DNA of 64,000 nucleotides, taken from positions 6,096 to 70,095 of the forward strand of contig JAFSZV010000075.1 of assembly GCA_017455565.1 (NCBI GenBank). Direction: 5' to 3'. The first letter of the stretch is position 1; the number at the start of each line of letters is the position of its first letter. Origin of the DNA: Clostridia bacterium. GTDB lineage: Bacteria > Bacillota > Clostridia > Oscillospirales > Butyricicoccaceae. A model generated the notes under the pieces. The model saw only the letters and a program-made list of their open reading frames with translations, was not told the DNA's origin and did not search any database. A program made the position numbers and the translations under genes. Of this stretch, positions 58,363 to 64,000 are shown piece after piece.

Positions 58363-58450
58363 TGTAAATCACCTCGGCCATAGTATGGCCGCGTTGCGCC
58401 GGAACATACAAAAAAGCTGTGAAAAACCAACGGCTTTTTTGAAGATTTTT

Positions 58451-59500
58451 TTATTCGATGGTGCCGCCGCCCAAAACAAGATCGCCGTCGTAAAAGACTA
58501 CGGCTTGACCCGGCGTCAGCGCCCGGACGGGCCGGTCAAAGACCACCTGCGCCTGTTCGCCCGCGGGATAGACGGTGCAGGCCGTTTCCGCCTGATGATA
58601 GCGGGTGCGGGCGGCGCAGCGGAAGGGCGCTTCCGGCGCGTCAAAGGCGATCCAGTTGAGTTCGCCGGCAGTGAGCGCGGTGCGCCACAGATCCTCGTCC
58701 TCGCCCAGCGTGACGGTGTTGCGTTCGGCGTTTTTTTCCACCACATAATAGGGGTGAGCGCCCGAAAGGCCGATGCCCTTGCGCTGGCCGATGGTGTAGC
58801 ATTCGATGCCCCCGTGCTGACCCAGGATACAGCCGTCGGGGTCGATGAAATCTCCCGGCTGGGGAGCGTGTCCGGTGTAATCCCAGATAAAGCGGGCGTA
58901 AGCCCCGTCGGGGACAAAGCAGATGTCCTGGCTGTCTGGCTTTTGGCTGTTCAAAAAGCCGTTTTCCGCGGCGATGGCCCGCACGTGCTCCTTTTCCAGC
59001 GTTCCCAGGGGAAAGAGGAGATGAGAAAGCTGCCGCTGGGTCAGGGAATACAAAACATAACTCTGGTCTTTTTGGGGGTGCAGCGCCTTTTTCAGCAGCC
59101 AGCGGTTTCGGGTCTCGTCCCATTCCACCCGGGCATAGTGGCCGGTGACCACCTTTTCCGCGCCCTCTTCCAGCGCCTGATCCAGCAGCAGGCCGAACTT
59201 GAGGAACCGGTTGCAGCGGATGCAGGGGTTTGGAGTTTTGCCCAGCAGATAGCTCTGGGCAAACGGATCGGTGACGCAGGCGCGGAAGGCCTCCTGCCCA
59301 TCCCAGATCTCGTGGGGAGCGCCCAGCAGCCGGCAGATTTCCGCGGCGTCCCGGGCGTCGTCAGCGCTGCCGCAGACGTCCTTTTGATATTGATGGAGCC
59401 GCAGCGTGACGCCCCGGATCTCATAGCCCGCCTGCTTCGTCAGCAGGGCGGCCACCGAGCTGTCCACGCCGCCGCTCATGGCGATATACGCGATTGCCAT
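58451..59500 (-). CDS. mnmA: tRNA 2-thiouridine(34) synthase
   Basis: PP-loop AMSGGVDSSVAA; MnmA pattern throughout. Confidence 0.95.
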   Translation of the reverse strand: MAIAYIAMSGGVDSSVAALLTKQAGYEIRGVTLRLHQYQKDVCGSADDARDAAEICRLLGAPHEIWDGQEAFRACVTDPFAQSYLLGKTPNPCIRCNRFLKFGLLLDQALEEGAEKVVTGHYARVEWDETRNRWLLKKALHPQKDQSYVLYSLTQRQLSHLLFPLGTLEKEHVRAIAAENGFLNSQKPDSQDICFVPDGAYARFIWDYTGHAPQPGDFIDPDGCILGQHGGIECYTIGQRKGIGLSGAHPYYVVEKNAERNTVTLGEDEDLWRTALTAGELNWIAFDAPEAPFRCAARTRYHQAETACTVYPAGEQAQVVFDRPVRALTPGQAVVFYDGDLVLGGGTIE

Positions 59501-59521
59501 AATAAGACGCTTCCTTTCCTG

Positions 59522-59553
59522 TGAAAAATCGGGGCGGACACCGTCCGCCCCGA
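59522..59553 (-). terminator. Rho-independent terminator
   Basis: 12-bp stem ATCGGGGCGGAC / GTCCGCCCCGAT; T5 on the minus strand. Confidence 0.85.
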
Positions 59554-59585
59554 TCGTCGGGTTGCTTTTTGTCCGGGGAACGCGA

Positions 59586-60107
59586 TCAGTCGTCGTCTTC
59601 CTCGGGCTCAGACAGGTCGTCGATCACCTGAGACAGGTCAAAGTCCAGATCCTCGCCGCAGGCGGGGCATTTCATGCCGCCCTTGGCCAGAACGTCCTCA
59701 TCCACGACGATCTCTTCCTTGCAGGTGGGGCAGGTAAGCTGATAGAGGTCTTCGTCGTCGTCCTCATCCTCTTCCTCGTCCCATTCGTCCCAGTCTTCCT
59801 CGTCCAGATCCAGCTCGTCGCGGATCTCGTCCAGATCTTCGTCCACGGCGTCCAGATCCTCGTCGATGGCGTCCAAGGCCTCTTCGATATCGGAAAGCTC
59901 CTCGTCAAACGCGTCGAGAGACTCTTCCACGGAATCCAACTCGTCGTTGATGGCGCCCACTTCACCCTCCAGATCGGCAACGCTCAGGGCGATCTCGTCC
60001 AGCGTGTCGATGATGGCGGCCAGCAGCTTGCCCTCGTTGGTGGTCTGGTCGATGTTCATGCCTTCCAGCAGGCCCTTGAGATACGAAGTCTTTTCGGTAA
60101 TGGTCAT
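59586..60107 (-). CDS. Highly acidic protein with C-terminal zinc ribbon (CD1247 N-terminal-domain-like)
   Basis: 173 aa; periodic D/E-L repeats, then CPTC...CPAC; conserved position next to efp (from memory). Confidence 0.78.
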   Translation of the reverse strand: MTITEKTSYLKGLLEGMNIDQTTNEGKLLAAIIDTLDEIALSVADLEGEVGAINDELDSVEESLDAFDEELSDIEEALDAIDEDLDAVDEDLDEIRDELDLDEEDWDEWDEEEDEDDDEDLYQLTCPTCKEEIVVDEDVLAKGGMKCPACGEDLDFDLSQVIDDLSEPEEDDD

Positions 60108-60178
60108 AGTCGTTCTCCTTTCCTGTACGCGGAATTGGTTCAGGGATGGCGCGGGAAGCTCCCGCGGATCACGAGCTG

Positions 60179-60739
60179 TTACTTGGAGCGGCCCAGATAC
60201 TCGCCGGTGCGGGTGTCGATCTGGATCTTTTCGCCCTCGTTGATGAACAGGGGCACGCGCACGATGGCGCCGGTCTCCAGCGTGGCGGGCTTGGTGACGT
60301 TGGTGGCGGTGTCGCCGCGGACGCCGGGCTCGGTGGCAGTGACCTCCAGATCCACGAACATGGGGGGCTCGACGCCAAAGACGCTGCCCTTGAACGAGAG
60401 GATCTTGCAGATCATCTCTTCCTTGACGAACTTGAAGTTGTCGCCCACGGTGGCGTGGTTGATGAGAGTCTCTTCCCAGGTCTCGGTGTCCAGGAAGTGA
60501 TACAAGTCGCCGTCGTCGTAGGAATACTGCATGTCGCGGCGCTCGATGACTGCTTCCTCAAACTTATCGGTGGGGTTGAAGCTGCGCTCAACCACGGCGC
60601 CGGTGATGACGTTTTTATACTTGGTGCGAACAAACGCCGCGCCCTTGCCGGGCTTGACGTGCTGGAACTCGATGACCTGGAACACCTGTCCGTCCATTTC
60701 AAAGGTCTTTCCGTTTCTGAAATCGCCAGCAGTTAACAT
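60179..60739 (-). CDS. efp: Elongation factor P
   Basis: [12 protein letters not shown] loop and full-length EF-P pattern. Confidence 0.97.
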   Translation of the reverse strand: MLTAGDFRNGKTFEMDGQVFQVIEFQHVKPGKGAAFVRTKYKNVITGAVVERSFNPTDKFEEAVIERRDMQYSYDDGDLYHFLDTETWEETLINHATVGDNFKFVKEEMICKILSFKGSVFGVEPPMFVDLEVTATEPGVRGDTATNVTKPATLETGAIVRVPLFINEGEKIQIDTRTGEYLGRSK

Positions 60740-60855
60740 TCTATCGGCCTCCTATATGTATTATTCATTATAACAGAGATAGTTTACATGATGTTTTTGA
60801 AAAATGCAAGCAAATCCGCGCATTTTCCGGAAAAACACCGAAAAACAGAGGCATT

Positions 60856-61926
60856 TTACAGGATCGTCAGCTCCTTGGGATAGCGCGTCAGGTTGCGCTT
60901 GCCGCCTGCGCCCAGATAAACCATGTCCTCGATGCGGACGCCGAACCGCCCGGGGATATAGATGCCGGGCTCCATGGTGGTGATGTTGCCGATCTCAAAG
61001 GGAGCCTCGCTTTTGGGAGAGGCGTTGGGGGCCTCGTGGATATTCAGGCCCACGCTGTGGCCCAGGCCGTGGCCAAAATAGTCGCCGTAGCCCGCGTCGC
61101 GGATGACCTTGCGGGCGGCCTCGTCCACGTCGCGGCCAATCTTGCCGGGGCCGAAAGCCTCAATACCGGCAAGCTGGGCCTGCAGCACAGTGTTGTAGAC
61201 GGTTTTCATCTCGTCGGTGGCAAAACCCACGGCAAAAGTGCGGGTCATGTCGCTGTGATAGCCGCCCACCATGGCGCCGAAGTCAATGGTGACGAAATCG
61301 CCGGCCTCGATCTTCTTGCCGCCGGGGGTGCCGTGGGGCATGCTGCTCTTGACGCCCGAGACAAAGATGGTCTGGAAGGACACGCCGGTGGAGCCAAGAC
61401 GGGCCATGCGGTAATCCAGCTCGGCGGCCAACTCCTTTTCCACGGCGCCGGGACGGATCAGGGGCAGAAGCTCATCAAGCGCCTGTTCCGCAATGCGCTG
61501 GGCGGCCACCACGCACTCGACCTCCGCCTCTTCTTTGACCTGGCGGAGGCGGGAGATCCCGTCTTCCGCGGGGACCAGCCTGGCTGGGACGGCGGCCTCG
61601 TAGCGGCGGAACTCCGCTACCGGCATGGCTCCGTCCTCAAACAGCAGGGTCTCCAGCTTCTCGTCGCGGCAGACCTGCGCCGCCACGGCGGGATAGCCTT
61701 CCCTGGGGTCGATCACCTGATAGCCCATGGGGGCGATGGCCTTTTCGGCGGCCTCGATATAGCGGGAATCGGTGAAGCAGAGACCCTTTCCGTCGGCGGT
61801 CACCATCACCATGCCCTCCAGCCCGACAAAGCCGGTGGCGTAGCAGAGATTCTCCGCCGCGGTGATCAAAAGGCCGTCAGCCTTGCGTTCCTTGGCCATG
61901 GCGGCCAGCTTTTGCAGTCTGTTCAT
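60856..61926 (-). CDS. M24B Xaa-Pro aminopeptidase/dipeptidase
   Basis: Creatinase-like N-domain plus M24 metal ligands (HGLGHSVGLNIHE, EPG, IED). Confidence 0.92.
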   Translation of the reverse strand: MNRLQKLAAMAKERKADGLLITAAENLCYATGFVGLEGMVMVTADGKGLCFTDSRYIEAAEKAIAPMGYQVIDPREGYPAVAAQVCRDEKLETLLFEDGAMPVAEFRRYEAAVPARLVPAEDGISRLRQVKEEAEVECVVAAQRIAEQALDELLPLIRPGAVEKELAAELDYRMARLGSTGVSFQTIFVSGVKSSMPHGTPGGKKIEAGDFVTIDFGAMVGGYHSDMTRTFAVGFATDEMKTVYNTVLQAQLAGIEAFGPGKIGRDVDEAARKVIRDAGYGDYFGHGLGHSVGLNIHEAPNASPKSEAPFEIGNITTMEPGIYIPGRFGVRIEDMVYLGAGGKRNLTRYPKELTIL

Positions 61927-62786
61927 AATTGTTCCTCCTGTATTGCCTGTTCAAATTGTTGTTTCATAAGCAAAGCGTCCTCGGCCTGTGTGCCGGCCGA
62001 TTCGCAGATGATCCGGGGCGCAAGACGGCGTTTTGTCAGAAGCCGCGCCAACGGTATAAATTCCGGCCCGAAAACGGCATCGTCAAAGGTCAGATGCCGC
62101 ACCTCGCCGCCCTTGCCGTATTCGATCTTGCTGAAGTGTGCGTGAAAGGCACGGGCCCGCGCTTCTCCCAGCGTGTTCCAAAGCAGATCCAGCAGGGCGG
62201 CCATTTCCTCCTCCGTGGACATATGCCCGCCGGTGCGGGCGTTGAGATGGCCGAAGTCGATGCAGGGCAAAAGCCGCTCGTCGCTTTGGCAGATACGGCA
62301 GACCTCGCCGCCGTCGCCCAGCACGTTGATCTTGCCCATGGTCTCAACACAGAGGCGGATGTGATCCAGCTTTTCTTGTTCCAGCGCGCGCAAAGCCTCC
62401 CGCAGGTTATACAGCGTGTGCGCCATGGCGGTCTCCCGCTCCATGCCCGAAAGTCCGCCGCAATGCACCACGATCCGGTCGCCGCCCAGCCAGGCGCAGG
62501 CGCGGGCCGCCTGCAGGATATATTCCACGTTTTTCTCCACCCGCTGGGGGTCGTCGCCCGAGAGATTGATGAAATAGGGCGCGTGAAGCGACATCACGAT
62601 CCCGGCCTCTTTTGCCGCAAGGCCGATGGCCCGGGCGGTGTCCTTTCCCACATTGACCCCGCGGCCGCACTGGTATTCATAGCAGTCCAGCCCCATGTCC
62701 CGCAGCCAGGCGGGGGCGTGGACGCTGCTTTTGTATTGCTTGGTAAAGCTGTCGCAGTTGCCTGCGGGTCCAAAAAGCGGTGTCAT
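61923..62786 (-). CDS. AP endonuclease family 2 / endonuclease IV-like TIM-barrel protein
   Basis: Pattern LHAPYFINLS...VEK...LGGDRIVVHCGG...CVETMG resembles Nfo/xylose-isomerase-like TIM barrels. Confidence 0.75.
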   Translation of the reverse strand: MTPLFGPAGNCDSFTKQYKSSVHAPAWLRDMGLDCYEYQCGRGVNVGKDTARAIGLAAKEAGIVMSLHAPYFINLSGDDPQRVEKNVEYILQAARACAWLGGDRIVVHCGGLSGMERETAMAHTLYNLREALRALEQEKLDHIRLCVETMGKINVLGDGGEVCRICQSDERLLPCIDFGHLNARTGGHMSTEEEMAALLDLLWNTLGEARARAFHAHFSKIEYGKGGEVRHLTFDDAVFGPEFIPLARLLTKRRLAPRIICESAGTQAEDALLMKQQFEQAIQEEQL

Positions 62787-62807
62787 AACGGCTCCTTTTT
62801 CCGTGGT

Positions 62808-63293
62808 TTACGGCTTTTCCCGCCGGAAGGGCAGCTCAAGCAGCCGCCGCAGGGGAAAATACCAGAGATAGGTGTCGGTGGATTCCACCAAAAGGGCGTG
62901 GCAGCCGCATCTTCGTGCGCCCCACATGTCGGTGAAGATCTGATCCCCCACCACGGCCAGCTCCGCGGGCGAAAGCCCCATCTGGGCAAAGGCACGGGAA
63001 AAGCCCTTTTTCAACGGCTTGCGGGCCAGGTACTGCCAGGGCAGCGCCATCGCTTCGGCAAAGGCCCGGACCCGCCGCTCGTGCTTGTTGTTGGAAAGGA
63101 TATAGAGAAAAAACCCCTCCCGCCGCAGCCGCTCCATCCATGCCAGCACCTCGGGCCGGGGCAGGGCGTCGCGGGTCTGCATCAGAGTGCCGTCAATATC
63201 CAGAAGCAGGCCGCGAACGCCCCGTTCCCGCAAAAAAGCGGGGGAGATAAAGGTCACGTCGGGGAACATCACCTGAGGAAAGGGCAACGGCAT
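62808..63293 (-). CDS. YqeG-family HAD-IIIA phosphatase
   Basis: LLLDIDGTL, ILSNN, VGDQIFTD motifs. Confidence 0.88.
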   Translation of the reverse strand: MPLPFPQVMFPDVTFISPAFLRERGVRGLLLDIDGTLMQTRDALPRPEVLAWMERLRREGFFLYILSNNKHERRVRAFAEAMALPWQYLARKPLKKGFSRAFAQMGLSPAELAVVGDQIFTDMWGARRCGCHALLVESTDTYLWYFPLRRLLELPFRREKP

Positions 63294-63417
63294 AGGCGGG
63301 CCTCCTGTGAAAAAGACGGATAAACGCGGCGCTGCCGCATAAAGATGAAACGAAACGCACGATCAACAAAAATAGTATATCATAACTTAGCGGCAAATAA
63401 CAAGAGGGGAGACGGCG

Positions 63418-64000
63418 ATGGAACAAAAAACCCGAGGATTTTTAGTGGCGGTGGCCCGGGACGCCGCTGCGGCGGCGCGAACCGGCGTGCCCTGCGTCAG
63501 ACTTTGCTATCGGATCGCCGAAGGCGGGGCGCTCCAGCGAGCGCAGGCGCCTTTTTCGGGGCGGGGCGGACTGCTGGGCGTTTACGAAGCGCCGGGCCTG
63601 TCCGACGTCCAGCCGGAAAAGCTGGCGCGGGACCTGCAGGCCGAATGCTCTCGCAGGGGCTGCGGCGGCGTGGTGCTCGATCTGGAGCCCCATGAGGGGG
63701 GCAGCAGGGCAAAGATGGAGGAGGTCTGCGCCGCTCTGGCAAAGCTGCGGGTGAACCATTGCGTGCCCGAAAGCATGGCGGCTCTTGCTCCCCAGGGGCG
63801 GGTGGTGGCCCCCGCCGCCGTCAGCGGCGGCTCCTTTGACGAGCTTCTGGGCGATCTGTGCGGCAAATACGGGGCGTCGCGGCTTTGTCTGGATCTGGTG
63901 CGAACCTGCAGCGACTTTTCCATGCCTTCTTATTCCCCCAACGGGCAGCCGCTCACCTGCGAGGCCTTTCATGCCCTGCAGGAGACCTATCGGGCCCAGA
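63418..64000 (+). CDS. Hypothetical protein, 5' part (runs off the window end)
   Basis: ATG 63418 after GAGGGGAG; frame 1 stays open to nt 64000 (not in the track because there is no stop); G+C third-position bias matches neighbouring genes. Confidence 0.6.
   Translation, partial: MEQKTRGFLVAVARDAAAAARTGVPCVRLCYRIAEGGALQRAQAPFSGRGGLLGVYEAPGLSDVQPEKLARDLQAECSRRGCGGVVLDLEPHEGGSRAKMEEVCAALAKLRVNHCVPESMAALAPQGRVVAPAAVSGGSFDELLGDLCGKYGASRLCLDLVRTCSDFSMPSYSPNGQPLTCEAFHALQETYRAQ

Noticed and set aside
59700-59990. Repetitive GA(C/G)-rich DNA as a possible tandem repeat or CRISPR-like array
   Set aside because: The periodicity comes from coding an acidic heptad-like protein. The units are imperfect and there is no repeat-spacer organisation. 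No CRISPR array was seen anywhere in the window.
63345-63695. Track ORF of 116 aa (MKRNARSTKIV...)
   Set aside because: After the first few codons it is Arg/Gly/Ala-rich. The overlapping frame-1 ORF from ATG 63418 has an RBS, natural composition and stays open to the window end, so that frame is preferred.

Overview
High-G+C (about 65% by eye) Firmicutes/Clostridia chromosome segment; Oscillospiraceae-like spore former is only an inference. It is almost entirely core metabolism and housekeeping. Left to right: the 3' part of infB with rbfA-nrnA-truB-ribF and three appended enzymes; an mgtE operon behind a long leader; thrS behind a Thr T-box; a cobalamin riboswitch controlling one SLH-anchored DUF4430 surface protein; secA followed by a second copy of its SEC-C zinc tail; a vWA/SLH surface protein; membrane pyrophosphatase; spoVAC-AD-AE; a ~9 kb operon ending in all seven shikimate-pathway steps plus chorismate mutase, with two fusions; a perfect CIRCE operator before hsp20; a MarR / E2-like acyltransferase / acyl-CoA ligase cluster; trkAH; a low-G+C islet with two secreted proteins of unknown function; and mnmA, efp, pepP and yqeG. 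I found no rRNA, tRNA, CRISPR array, transposase, integrase or recognisable defence system. I see no clear-cut novel multi-gene system. The best leads are the riboswitch-controlled wall-anchored B12-binding candidate, the orphan SEC-C mini-ORF, the low-G+C secreted-protein islet, and the E2-like acyltransferase with Glu in place of the catalytic His. Several ORFs look frameshifted or truncated. Many long ORFs antisense to real genes are GC artefacts. All calls rest on motif recognition by eye; no searches were run.
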